Shown: piece after piece, positions 9,145 through 18,624 of the stretch
Position numbering within the stretch: the first letter of the stretch is position 1
How the letters are laid out: each line of letters starts with the position of its first letter
Assembly: GCA_963744145.1 (NCBI GenBank)
Contig: CAVUSO010000001.1
Span: 4,672,001-4,736,000 of the forward strand
Reading direction: 5' to 3'
Origin: an uncultured cyanobacterium
Lineage (GTDB): Bacteria; Cyanobacteriota; Cyanobacteriia; Cyanobacteriales; CAWUOF01
Length of the DNA: 64,000 nt
Translations under genes and position numbers: made by a program
Notes under the pieces: generated by a model
The model's database searches: none
The model's input: the letters and a program-made list of their open reading frames with translations, nothing else
What the model was told of the DNA's origin: nothing

Positions 9145-11016
9145 ATGTCAGACTCAATTTCCATGCGCGATCGCTATTTTACCCAGATCGACCAAATTGT
9201 CGAAATTACCCTCAAAGGTCAAATCCGTTCCAAAGAACAAGTATATCAAATGCTAGTCCAAAACATTAGCATGGGTACGGGAGAAATATTTGAAAGCTGT
9301 CTTGCTGAACGTCTCCAGCATACCCAAACTCAAATAGATACTCAAAAAGATGAATTAAAACAAGCCAAATCCACCCGCATTCTGAGAGCATTAAAAACAA
9401 TTGAAGGAGAATATTCTCGTTGGCAAAAAGATCACAAAATCTCTGATGCGATCGCGATCGCAACTCAAGAAATCATGACAGCGACCAATAGCGATCGCTT
9501 GACAGCTATTTTCCGAGCAATTGATCCGAACCAACCCCAAGCTCTCAATTTAGATCAATTAAAACAACTTACTAAAAATCTCCAGCACCAACTCCCTCAA
9601 ATTACTAATCCTAAATTAGAACAAGATGTACAACAAATTATTATTGGAATTACTCGTGGAATTGAAGCTTGGCACCATTTAGAACCCCATCTAGTTAGTT
9701 GGATTTATGATCAAAGTCGTGGTGCGATTGGATTTACAGGTACTCCTGACCATAATGGTCCTTGGTCATTATGGTCAAAACAAGTCAATAGTCCTTTTCC
9801 CCAAGCACTATTTAATGCGATCGCAATTAACCAATCAATTAGTGAATTTGCTGCTGCTCAAACTCACATAGAGCCGGTTAATTTAGTCGAATTAGCGGTG
9901 ATATTACAATGTTTACAACGTGGTTTAGTTGCTTGGTTTGACCAACTAATCTATGACTCTAAAGTCGGAGCAAAATTATCAATTTCTACCTTTATTACTT
10001 TCGCAGCAATTTGGGCATACTTAGCCAATGGATTTAATTATACACAGCTAAATACTAGCGATCGCAATCACTTAACCAATGGTTGTTTTCAAATCACCTT
10101 ACAAGTCTTACGTGCTTTTGCTCAACGAGAATATTTCCCTCTCTATGGAGGTACATTCGCTTCTTTTACCGGAACTTATTTGCGCGATGCTCTCAATTAT
10201 TTAGATGCACCACTCCGACAAGCAGAAGGAACTCAAGAAAAAGCCAGAATTTTAACTTTATTAGGTTATTCCCAACGGGCACAAGGTAACTATGAACAAT
10301 CGATCGCTTTTCATCAACAAGCTTTAGATATTGCTCGTAATGCTGGCGATCGGATTTGTGAAATTGCTAACTTAAATCACTTCAGTCGGACCTATATAGC
10401 TCAAAAACAATATGAAGAAGCAATTAATTATAGCCAAAGAGCCTTAATTTATGCTCGACAAATCGGTGAACAATTAGGAGAAGCAAATGCTCTAGTAAAT
10501 TTAGGCTATTCTGAAGTCTTAAAATCCCAACAACTAGAAATCATGGAACCAGAAATTTACCAAACAGCAATTAATCATTTAGAACAAGGTTTGCAACTCT
10601 CAGAAAAATTAGGCGATCGGCAAAGTCAAGCTCTTGGTTTAAGTAGTTTAGGGATCGCTCGTGTATTATTAGACCAACCGGAAATCGCGATCGAATATTT
10701 AACCAAAGGATGGGAAACCGCTCAATATTCAGGAGACTTATATCTTCAAGGTTTAAATATGACCTATTTAGCGGAAGCTTATTACCGTCAACAAAACCAA
10801 GGAAGAACTATTTATACAGCCAGTTTAGGAATGTATTTATTAGAACAAATCGGAGCGATCGAATGGCGTCAAGCTGCTGGATTATTAGTAATCTTACAAA
10901 GACAAATGGGTCAAGAAGCTTTCCAAAAAGGATTAGCAGAACAACGTTCTCAAATTATGATGATTATCGGAGTAGATGGCTATGATTATCTGCCTGAATT
11001 ATTAAATAAATATTAA
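9145..11016 (+). CDS. Tetratricopeptide repeat protein
   Basis: C-terminal TPR-like repeats (LGYSQRAQGNYEQSIAFHQQAL etc.). Confidence 0.85.
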   Translation: MSDSISMRDRYFTQIDQIVEITLKGQIRSKEQVYQMLVQNISMGTGEIFESCLAERLQHTQTQIDTQKDELKQAKSTRILRALKTIEGEYSRWQKDHKISDAIAIATQEIMTATNSDRLTAIFRAIDPNQPQALNLDQLKQLTKNLQHQLPQITNPKLEQDVQQIIIGITRGIEAWHHLEPHLVSWIYDQSRGAIGFTGTPDHNGPWSLWSKQVNSPFPQALFNAIAINQSISEFAAAQTHIEPVNLVELAVILQCLQRGLVAWFDQLIYDSKVGAKLSISTFITFAAIWAYLANGFNYTQLNTSDRNHLTNGCFQITLQVLRAFAQREYFPLYGGTFASFTGTYLRDALNYLDAPLRQAEGTQEKARILTLLGYSQRAQGNYEQSIAFHQQALDIARNAGDRICEIANLNHFSRTYIAQKQYEEAINYSQRALIYARQIGEQLGEANALVNLGYSEVLKSQQLEIMEPEIYQTAINHLEQGLQLSEKLGDRQSQALGLSSLGIARVLLDQPEIAIEYLTKGWETAQYSGDLYLQGLNMTYLAEAYYRQQNQGRTIYTASLGMYLLEQIGAIEWRQAAGLLVILQRQMGQEAFQKGLAEQRSQIMMIIGVDGYDYLPELLNKY

Positions 11017-11035
11017 GGAAATGATTCAAGACAGT

Positions 11036-11240
11036 TCAGCTAAGTGTAGGGGTGAAGCATTCGGGCGATAATTGAACAATCAAACTAGTAATATTAGATC
11101 CGAATGCTTCACCCTTCGACTCCGCCCCCTTCGACTACGCTCAGGGTAAACTTCGACTCCGCCCTTCGACTCCGCCCTTCGACTCCGCTCAGGGTAAACT
11201 CAGGGTAAACTCAGGGTAAACCCTTTTTCTGCGCCGAGAT
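11036..11240 (+). repeat. GTAGGGGTGAAGCATTCG...CGAATGCTTCACCC REP-like element with an inserted cluster of CTTCGACT(C/A)CGC(TCAGGGTAAA) repeats
   Basis: Inverted-repeat arms. A second, uninterrupted copy lies inverted at about 48821-48915. Confidence 0.8.
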
Positions 11241-11243
11241 CCT

Positions 11244-12317
11244 CTAAACAAATATTTGTTGATACCGAATCCGAGCCATAATTAGACCATTCCAAAGAAA
11301 AAAGAGTGCTGAACTACCAGATGAGCGGAGAATTTGTTTAGCAATTTTTCTCACATCTCTCTGTTCATTTACTTTTTCATCAGCTAAATAAACACCCAGT
11401 AAAGCTCGATTAATCATGCGATGAAAGTGTTTGTGCGGTAACTGAGAAACAGCTTGATCAGCTTCTTTTAGAAAATAAATGAACCGTTCAGTTATTTCTT
11501 TTCCACTATTGTAGTAAGTACAAAAATTCAAATCACCACCAATCCTGTCTTCTTCTTGGTCAATAAAATAGTCAAGGAGGATATGAAGTCCTTGAACCCA
11601 AGGGAAATAGCTGTTTTTAACCTTTATAGCTAGTTCCTTAGAACAACTTGGATCGCAGCTATATGCAACCAGACAAAAAATTCCTAACGTTGAGCCCGTA
11701 CAAGCTGAAAATTCATACCACTTCATTTCCGGGATTTGGTGACGATGTTCTTCAAAACAAGCTTTTAAGCGAGGAACTCGCTCCTGAATTTTGACATGCT
11801 TATGAACTTGTAAATCACAATAATAATCAGCCAGCTCATGTAAACAGGGAGCAATTATTTGATAGGATGGCAGTTGTTTTAATACATTTTGACAAGTTTT
11901 CACTAACTTCATTAAATAACCACCATCCTCTTGTTCTTGACGAAATTGGTAGTAATTAATACATTCAGCGTTAGGTGTCAAAGCATCTAAGCAAGCTTGA
12001 TGGAGAGTCCGGAAATCTTCTGGATCTAGGGACGTACTGCGATCGCACAGGTTATCTAAATAATCACTAATTGTTTGATAAGCAACAATAAAACAGATGG
12101 TTAGATCAATTTTTTCTTTCGCAAGTAATCCATAGATAGAACCACCTTCACAATGAAATGTTTTGCTGTTTATACTTAATAAAGCTTGTTTCCGTAATTC
12201 CGGATCAGGAATTTTCTCAGCTTCTTTTTTCCATAGCCCTAAATATTTACGAACTCTGGGAAGCACATCAATATAAATTCTGATCATCAGTATGATCGAA
12301 CCAGATGGAACTTGCAT
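11244..12317 (-). CDS. Tetraprenyl-beta-curcumene synthase family (YtpB/DUF2600) terpene cyclase
   Basis: IPDPELRKQAL, FHCEGG, AYQTISDYLDNLCDRS, GSTLGIF and LHILLDYFIDQEED..GDLNF motifs, as recalled for Bacillus YtpB. Confidence 0.85.
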   Translation of the reverse strand: MQVPSGSIILMIRIYIDVLPRVRKYLGLWKKEAEKIPDPELRKQALLSINSKTFHCEGGSIYGLLAKEKIDLTICFIVAYQTISDYLDNLCDRSTSLDPEDFRTLHQACLDALTPNAECINYYQFRQEQEDGGYLMKLVKTCQNVLKQLPSYQIIAPCLHELADYYCDLQVHKHVKIQERVPRLKACFEEHRHQIPEMKWYEFSACTGSTLGIFCLVAYSCDPSCSKELAIKVKNSYFPWVQGLHILLDYFIDQEEDRIGGDLNFCTYYNSGKEITERFIYFLKEADQAVSQLPHKHFHRMINRALLGVYLADEKVNEQRDVRKIAKQILRSSGSSALFFLWNGLIMARIRYQQIFV

Positions 12318-12669
12318 TAATAAAGCTTTTTGGAAAAACCCCCTAATATTTCTATTAGTATCATACCACCTATTTATGAGTGTTACCATTATTTTAAATT
12401 GATTTTAATTTCTGCTTTTATATTAGCATTAAAATATTCAAATATTATCTATCACTTGGAATAAGTAGCCGGAATAAATAACAATAGTCTACACAGGTTT
12501 TAGATTCTAGTCTGAACCTCTTGATTTTTCGTTGGTAAATCTATTGACCAATGGCTCTGAAACCCTTATTCTGCCATTGATCATCAAAAACTGTCCGGAT
12601 TATTACCTTGATTTGCTCGGATTTATCCTTTATACTACAATTGTAGTATGCAAGTAAGGAATCCGAGAA

Positions 12670-13308
12670 ATGACTACTAATCAAAGACCCACAAATGGAC
12701 AATTTGACTATACACTCAAAAAACAAACCGGTGGTCCTGGTCAATTTGCTCGTGTCATTGGTCGGATTGAATCCTGTGATGAACTTTTTCTATTTGAAAA
12801 TCAAGTCACAGGTGGTGCGATTCCCTCCCCATTAATTAAAGCAGCAGAAAAAGGTTTTCGGGATGCTACCAGTAATGGTGTTTTAGCAGGTTATCCGGTA
12901 ATTGGTGTCAAAGTTATCCTTGAAGATGGTAATTATCACCCGATCGACTCAACCGAAAGAGCTTTTTATTATGCTGCTCATCAGGGATTTTACCAGGGAC
13001 TCAGAAATGCTGATTCTGTGATTATTGAACCAATTATGAACGTCACCATAGAAATACCAACCACATTTGTCGGTTTGGTACAGGGTGATTTGCGATCGCG
13101 ACGTGGTATAGTGCAAAGTTTAGAGACTATCCTAAACGGAGAAAAAATTCAAGCCAACGTTCCTCTAGCAGAAATGTTTGGTTATGCTACTAGAATCCGA
13201 TCGCTTTGTTCTGGTCAAGGAATTTTCTCAATGGAGTTTAGTCACTATGAACCTGTACCAGAAAAAATTCAACCCCAACTGATGGCAAAATATGCACATT
13301 CAAGTTGA
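12670..13308 (+). CDS. Stand-alone elongation factor G domains IV-V protein
   Basis: KKQTGGPGQFA, LAGYPV, YHPIDS, EPIM, VPLAEMFGYAT motifs; no GTPase domain. Confidence 0.8.
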   Translation: MTTNQRPTNGQFDYTLKKQTGGPGQFARVIGRIESCDELFLFENQVTGGAIPSPLIKAAEKGFRDATSNGVLAGYPVIGVKVILEDGNYHPIDSTERAFYYAAHQGFYQGLRNADSVIIEPIMNVTIEIPTTFVGLVQGDLRSRRGIVQSLETILNGEKIQANVPLAEMFGYATRIRSLCSGQGIFSMEFSHYEPVPEKIQPQLMAKYAHSS

Positions 13309-14356
13309 AACATTTACCGTACATAAACGTTTTGCTCTCACCATTAGTCGATGTACTACTGTTCAGACAACTAATGTATGGTTAAGGATAGAATCAGAAG
13401 GAATAGAAGGGTGGGGAGAAGCTTCACCCTTTTCTACTGATCATTGCTCCCAAACTACTGAGAGCATCTTAAAATCATTCCTAACGATCAAACCAATCCT
13501 CGAAAAATTTCATCCCCTCGATCGACAACAAATCGAACAGGTTTTAACAGAATATCAGCTCCCTTCTGCTGTTAAAGCTGCGATCGATGTAGCTTTATAT
13601 GATTGGTTAGGTAAAAAAGTCGGATTACCACTCTGGAGATTATGGGGATTGAATTGTAATTCTTTAGTACCGATCTCCGTAACGATTGGAATTAATTCCC
13701 CAGAAGGTGCTATAAATCGAGTCCGAGATTGGTTACAATTTGCCGAAGTTAAATTTTTGAAAGTAAAATTAGGTAATCCCACCGGAATTGACGCAGATCA
13801 AGCTATGCTAATGGCAATTAAAGCAGAAGCACCACAACTTCCTTTAATGGTAGATGCTAATGGAGGATGGAGTTTAGCACAAGCAATTAAAATGTCTGAT
13901 TGGTTAGCAACTCAGGGGGTTAAATATATAGAACAACCTTTAGCAACTGGAAATGAAGAACAATTAATTGCATTATATCACCGATCGCCTTTACCAATTT
14001 TTGTCGATGAAAGTTGTTGGATTTCCTCCGATATTATTAAATTAGCCGATCGAGTACATGGAATTAATATCAAATTAATGAAAGCTGGAGGTTTAACTGA
14101 AATCATTCGCATGATCCATATAGCCAGAGCTTGTGGATTACAGGTAATGTTTGGGTGTTATTCTGATAGTGTTATTGCTAATAGTGCGATCGCACAATTA
14201 TCACCCCTAGCTGACTATCTAGATTTAGACAGTCACCTCAACTTAATTGATGATCCATTTACCGGAGCATTAATGCAACAAGGATGTTTAGTACCTAATG
14301 ATTTACCCGGTTTAGGAGTGAGGAAAATATCCACCAACCAGATTTTGGGATTGTAG
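13292..14356 (+). CDS. Dipeptide (L-Ala-D/L-Glu) epimerase, enolase superfamily
   Basis: GWGEASP, KVKLG, DANGGW, EQP, DES, INIKLMKAGG, DLD motifs. Confidence 0.9.
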   Translation: MHIQVETFTVHKRFALTISRCTTVQTTNVWLRIESEGIEGWGEASPFSTDHCSQTTESILKSFLTIKPILEKFHPLDRQQIEQVLTEYQLPSAVKAAIDVALYDWLGKKVGLPLWRLWGLNCNSLVPISVTIGINSPEGAINRVRDWLQFAEVKFLKVKLGNPTGIDADQAMLMAIKAEAPQLPLMVDANGGWSLAQAIKMSDWLATQGVKYIEQPLATGNEEQLIALYHRSPLPIFVDESCWISSDIIKLADRVHGINIKLMKAGGLTEIIRMIHIARACGLQVMFGCYSDSVIANSAIAQLSPLADYLDLDSHLNLIDDPFTGALMQQGCLVPNDLPGLGVRKISTNQILGL

Positions 14357-14360
14357 GACA

Positions 14361-14612
14361 GACATCTTGTCTGTCAAATAAATTGAAAGACATCTTGTCT
14401 GTCAAATAAATTGAAAGACATCTTGTCTGTCAAATAAATTGAAAGACATCTTGTCTGTCAAATAAATTGAAAGACATCTTGTCTGTCAAATAAATTGAAA
14501 GACATCTTGTCTGTCAAATAAATTGAAAGACATCTTGTCTGTCAAATAAATTGAAAGACATCTTGTCTGTCAAATAAATTGAAAGACATCTTGTCTGTCA
14601 AATAAATTGAAA
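14361..14612 (+). repeat. Perfect tandem repeat, 9 x 28 bp GACATCTTGTCTGTCAAATAAATTGAAA
   Basis: Units start at 14361, 14389 ... 14585 with no spacers. Confidence 0.95.
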
Positions 14613-14638
14613 AGGTCTAATCTATTTTTGGTATTTTT

Positions 14639-15676
14639 ATGTTAAAACCTGAAGATCGAATAGCAATTTTACTGCATCAAGGTATTCGCAGTGCATTAGG
14701 AAAAACAGGCTTATCTCTACTGCGCTATAGTGAGTCTGACATAGTAGCAGTAATTGATCAGGAATCCGCAGGTAGTTCCTTACCGGAATTAACCAAAATT
14801 CAGCGTCAAGTACCTATAGTTGCTTCGGTAGAAGACTCGTTAGTCTACAAACCCAATGTCCTCGTTATTGGAATCGCTCCTTCTGGTGGAGCAATTCCCC
14901 CAGAATATCGACAGGAAATATATCATGCAGTTAGTCAAGGGTTATCCATCGTCAATGGGTTACATACACCGATCGCTAATGATCCTGATGTCGCAAGTTT
15001 ATTAAAACCAGGACAATGGATTTGGGATATTCGTCAAGAACCATCAGGAATTCCCATTGCTAGTGCTAAAGCGCGATCGCTTGCTTGTCTGCGAGTGTTA
15101 ACTGTTGGGACAGACATGGGAATTGGGAAAATGTCTACCAGTCTAGAATTAAACCGAGCTGCTCTAAAAAAAGGATATCGCTCCAAATTTATCGCTACTG
15201 GTCAAGCTGGTTTAATGATCGCTCAAGATGGAATACCATTAGATGCAATCCGAGTCGATTTTGCTGCTGGTGCAGTAGAACAGGTAGTGATGCACTTTGG
15301 TCAAAACCATGACATCTTACAAATTGAAGGACAAGGTTCTCTCCTCCATCCTGGTTCCACTGCCACTTTACCATTATTGCGCGGTTCCCAAGCAACTCAT
15401 CTAGTCCTCGTCCATCGGGTTGGACAAACCCATATTCGTAATCATCCCCATATACTGATTCCATCTTTGACTGATGTAATTAAACTATATGAAGCTATTG
15501 CTGCTGCTGGTGGAGCTTTTACTCCAGCTCAGGTAGTCGCGATCGCGCTTAATACTCATCATCTCGATGAAACTGAAGCAATCAGTGCGATCGCTCAAGT
15601 CCAACTTGCTACCGGATTACCTTGTACTGATCCAGTGCGCTTTGGTGCTGATCTATTGTTAAATGCAATTGTCTAA
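14639..15676 (+). CDS. DUF1611 domain P-loop protein
   Basis: VGTDMGIGKMST, ATGQAG, EGQGSLLHP motifs; usual partner of the dipeptide epimerase. Confidence 0.9.
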   Translation: MLKPEDRIAILLHQGIRSALGKTGLSLLRYSESDIVAVIDQESAGSSLPELTKIQRQVPIVASVEDSLVYKPNVLVIGIAPSGGAIPPEYRQEIYHAVSQGLSIVNGLHTPIANDPDVASLLKPGQWIWDIRQEPSGIPIASAKARSLACLRVLTVGTDMGIGKMSTSLELNRAALKKGYRSKFIATGQAGLMIAQDGIPLDAIRVDFAAGAVEQVVMHFGQNHDILQIEGQGSLLHPGSTATLPLLRGSQATHLVLVHRVGQTHIRNHPHILIPSLTDVIKLYEAIAAAGGAFTPAQVVAIALNTHHLDETEAISAIAQVQLATGLPCTDPVRFGADLLLNAIV

Positions 15677-15704
15677 TTAGTTTATAACCCAGCGGATATC
15701 AGTC

Positions 15705-16094
15705 ATGAGTGAAAAACTAGATGTGGAACAACCAACTAATCCGTCCTCAGTAGATTCAGATCCTACATCAATCCGACATTGGGGTACGGTCACGATGTTA
15801 GAAACTGGAACAGGTTATCGTATTAATCGAGTGGAAGTCAAACCTGGACATTGCATGACTTTACAAATGCACTATCACCGGAGTGAACACTGGATTGTCG
15901 TTTCTGGTACAGCGAAAGTAAATTGTGGTGATCAGGAAACCATTATTATCCAAAACCAATCAACCTATGTTCCTCAAGGTACACCTCATCGGGTCGAAAA
16001 CCCAGGAGTAATTCCACTGGTAATGATTGAAGTGCAAAATGGGGAATATCTGGGCGAAGATGATATTATTCGTTTGTCAGACCATCAAAATTAG
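15705..16094 (+). CDS. Mannose-6-phosphate isomerase type II C-terminal cupin protein
   Basis: LQMHYHRSEHWIVVSGTA...EVQNGEYLGEDDIIR. Confidence 0.9.
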   Translation: MSEKLDVEQPTNPSSVDSDPTSIRHWGTVTMLETGTGYRINRVEVKPGHCMTLQMHYHRSEHWIVVSGTAKVNCGDQETIIIQNQSTYVPQGTPHRVENPGVIPLVMIEVQNGEYLGEDDIIRLSDHQN

Positions 16095-16108
16095 GCAATC
16101 TCATCATT

Positions 16109-16510
16109 CTAACCATATTTATGGGTCTCGGCTGAATGACAGCGATCGCACAACCCAAAAAACTCTAGCGTGTGATAAAAAATTTTGAACTGGTGCAACT
16201 GTTGGAGTTGGTTTTCTAAATCATGAACTGGACATTCATTGATGGGAATCGATGCTCCACATTGCACACAAGTCAGATGGTGTCGGTCTTCTTTGATACA
16301 GCTATACAGAGACTCCCCACTGACCAAGGTTCGCACTTGCAAAACACCCTCCCGTTTTAAAGCTTCTAAAGAACGGTAAACGGTTGCTAGAGCCATATTT
16401 TGCTGTCGGTTACGCAGTTCAATATAAATATCTTGAGCCGATACTGCTTCCGTTAAGCTCTGAAGTAGGGTTAAAATAATCTTCTGGCTGCGAGTGTGAC
16501 GAACTGTCAT
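16109..16510 (-). CDS. Fur family transcriptional regulator (Zur-like)
   Basis: LATVYRSL, HHLTCVQC, GLCDRC. Start placed at MTVRHTRSQ. Confidence 0.88.
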   Translation of the reverse strand: MTVRHTRSQKIILTLLQSLTEAVSAQDIYIELRNRQQNMALATVYRSLEALKREGVLQVRTLVSGESLYSCIKEDRHHLTCVQCGASIPINECPVHDLENQLQQLHQFKIFYHTLEFFGLCDRCHSAETHKYG

Positions 16511-16658
16511 GGTTAGTAATTGAGGGACTATGGTCAAATTTAGCTTTTTTCTTGGCTCAATGAGTAAATGATCTCTAAATCTTGCTAGGCTAGTAAATAG
16601 CTTATCCTGAGTTTTTTCCTCAGAGTATGGCCTCGTTACCCCATTATTGTTGTCAGCT

Positions 16659-16952
16659 ATGGCTATCATTTACAAGTATCAGGCTCGGATATATGTTACA
16701 CTGCGGGCATCAGTCCTAGATCCCGCAGGAGCAGCAGTGGAATCTAGCCTCAAAAATTCAGGCTATGAAAATGTGGAAAATTTAAGAATAGGGAAATACA
16801 TTGAACTCAATCTCAGTGCTGCTGGTCCAGAGATCGCGAAGAAACAACTAAACCAAATTTGTGACCAAGTTTTAGCCAATCCCGTGATCGAAAATTATCG
16901 GTTTGAGATCACCGAAGTATCAGCAAGTGTAGAAACAGGAGTCTCCAGGTGA
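16659..16952 (+). CDS. purS: Phosphoribosylformylglycinamidine synthase subunit PurS
   Basis: VLDPAG, RIGKYIEL, LANPVIENY; adjacent to purQ. Confidence 0.95.
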   Translation: MAIIYKYQARIYVTLRASVLDPAGAAVESSLKNSGYENVENLRIGKYIELNLSAAGPEIAKKQLNQICDQVLANPVIENYRFEITEVSASVETGVSR

Positions 16953-17650
16953 AATTTGGGATCATAGTTTTTCCTGGTTCCAACTGCGATCGCGATATTG
17001 CTTATGTGACCCGGGATTTACTTGACCAACCCACCCGGATGGTTTGGCACCAAGATCCCGATATTACGGATCTAGATGTAATTGTAATTCCCGGAGGCTT
17101 TAGCTACGGGGATTACTTACGCTGTGGCGCGATCGCCCGTTTTTCCCCAGTCATGGGTGCGATTCGAGAACACGCTCAACAGGGGAAATTCGTTTTAGGG
17201 ATCTGTAATGGGTTTCAAGTGTTAACCGAAGCGGGACTATTACCGGGAGCATTAGTAAGAAACCAGAATTTGCACTTTATTTGCGATCGGATCAATCTGA
17301 AAGTCGAAAGAATTGATCTACCTTGGACTCAAGCATATTCTTCTGGACAAGTAATTACCCTACCTATTGCTCATGGTGAAGGAAGATACTATGCTGATCC
17401 AGGGACGATCGCCAAATTAGAAGATCACAATCAGATCCTATTTCGGTATTGTGATCAAACCGGAAAAACTACGAGTGCTAGTAATCCCAATGGTTCTCTA
17501 AATAATATTGCTGGGATCTGCAATCGTGAAGGGAACGTTTTAGGAATGATGCCCCACCCAGAGCGAGCATCTGATCCGGTTTTAGGGAAACCAGATGGTC
17601 GAAAATTATTTCAAGGTTTATTGCAAAAACAGAAAATTGCGATCGGCTAG
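16949..17650 (+). CDS. purQ: Phosphoribosylformylglycinamidine synthase subunit PurQ
   Basis: FPGSNCD, PGGFSYGDYLR, GICNGFQ, MMPHPER. Confidence 0.97.
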   Translation: MKFGIIVFPGSNCDRDIAYVTRDLLDQPTRMVWHQDPDITDLDVIVIPGGFSYGDYLRCGAIARFSPVMGAIREHAQQGKFVLGICNGFQVLTEAGLLPGALVRNQNLHFICDRINLKVERIDLPWTQAYSSGQVITLPIAHGEGRYYADPGTIAKLEDHNQILFRYCDQTGKTTSASNPNGSLNNIAGICNREGNVLGMMPHPERASDPVLGKPDGRKLFQGLLQKQKIAIG

Positions 17651-17699
17651 GTAATCTTAGGTTGACCACAACAACATTCAACATTTAAGGAGTAAATTT

Positions 17700-18254
17700 G
17701 TGCTAAAACTCTATGGTGCTGCTCGGAGTCGTGCGGCTATAATTCAGTGGTATCTAGAAGAATTAGCCCTTCCCTACGAATTTATCTCATTAGATCTGCA
17801 AGCAGGAGAACATTTACAGCCAGCTTACCGGAGCATCAACCCGTTTGGCAAAGTACCTGCGATCGTCGATGGAGATTTTTGTCTGTGGGAATCAGGTGCG
17901 ATTTTGCTGTATTTGGCTGAAAAATATGGTAATGTTGTAGACCCACAAACAAGAGCAATTCTGACTCAATGGGTATTATTTGCCAATGCTACCTTAACAC
18001 CACCAATTTTTGCAGAAACCAGTCGTGAAAAGGAAATGCCGAAATTATTCCCTCCCCTGCAAGAAATTTTAGAAAAACAACCATTTTTGTTAGGGGAAGA
18101 GCTGAGTGTTGCTGATGTAGCGGTTGGCTCAATGCTAGGGTATATGGTAATGATGCTCAAGTTAGACTATAGTGCTTATCCTGCACTGAGCGAATACGTG
18201 AAACGAATTGCTGATCGACCCGCATTTCACAAGACGATCGGCACAATTTTCTAA
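17700..18254 (+). CDS. Glutathione S-transferase family protein
   Basis: INPFGKVP, LWESGAILLYL, SVADVA. Confidence 0.92.
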   Translation: MLKLYGAARSRAAIIQWYLEELALPYEFISLDLQAGEHLQPAYRSINPFGKVPAIVDGDFCLWESGAILLYLAEKYGNVVDPQTRAILTQWVLFANATLTPPIFAETSREKEMPKLFPPLQEILEKQPFLLGEELSVADVAVGSMLGYMVMMLKLDYSAYPALSEYVKRIADRPAFHKTIGTIF

Positions 18255-18262
18255 AAAATCTG

Positions 18263-18292
18263 AGCGAACAGTACATAATGGCACTGTTCGCT
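18263..18292. terminator. Hairpin between convergent gst and psbK
   Basis: AGCGAACAG...CTGTTCGCT stem. Confidence 0.65.
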
Positions 18293-18305
18293 TTGAAAAA
18301 TAAAT

Positions 18306-18443
18306 TTAGCGGAAACCGATAGCGGCCTGCCAGACAAACGCTAGCAACAGGAAAAACACAGGGATAATTGGTAAAACATCGACCAGAGGATCAAAGATTG
18401 CGTAAGCTTCCGGGAGTTTGGCCAATAGTAATGCTGCTTCCAT
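18306..18443 (-). CDS. psbK: Photosystem II reaction centre protein K (not in ORF track)
   Basis: Manual translation: [45 protein letters not shown]. Confidence 0.97.
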   Translation of the reverse strand: MEAALLLAKLPEAYAIFDPLVDVLPIIPVFFLLLAFVWQAAIGFR

Positions 18444-18556
18444 TTAGATTTATTCTCCAACACAGTTTTCAGAATTGACACGAATTTTAACATGATCTGC
18501 ATCATTCCGAAGTAGAGATTAGACAAGCAAGCAAAAGTCATGTTGATCAATTTATT

Positions 18557-18621
18557 GGACAGGCAAGATGCCTGTCCCACAACAACAAAAAACTCTTGTG
18601 GGACAGGCATCTTGCCTGTCC
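18557..18621. repeat. REPIN-like inverted repeat GGACAGGCAAGATGCCTGTCCCACAA...TTGTGGGACAGGCATCTTGCCTGTCC
   Basis: 26-bp perfect arms, each itself palindromic; just downstream of tgt. Confidence 0.8.
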
Positions 18622-18624
18622 TAG

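Noticed and set aside
14361..14612. Possible CRISPR array
   Set aside because: The 28-bp units are contiguous and identical, with no unique spacers and no cas genes.
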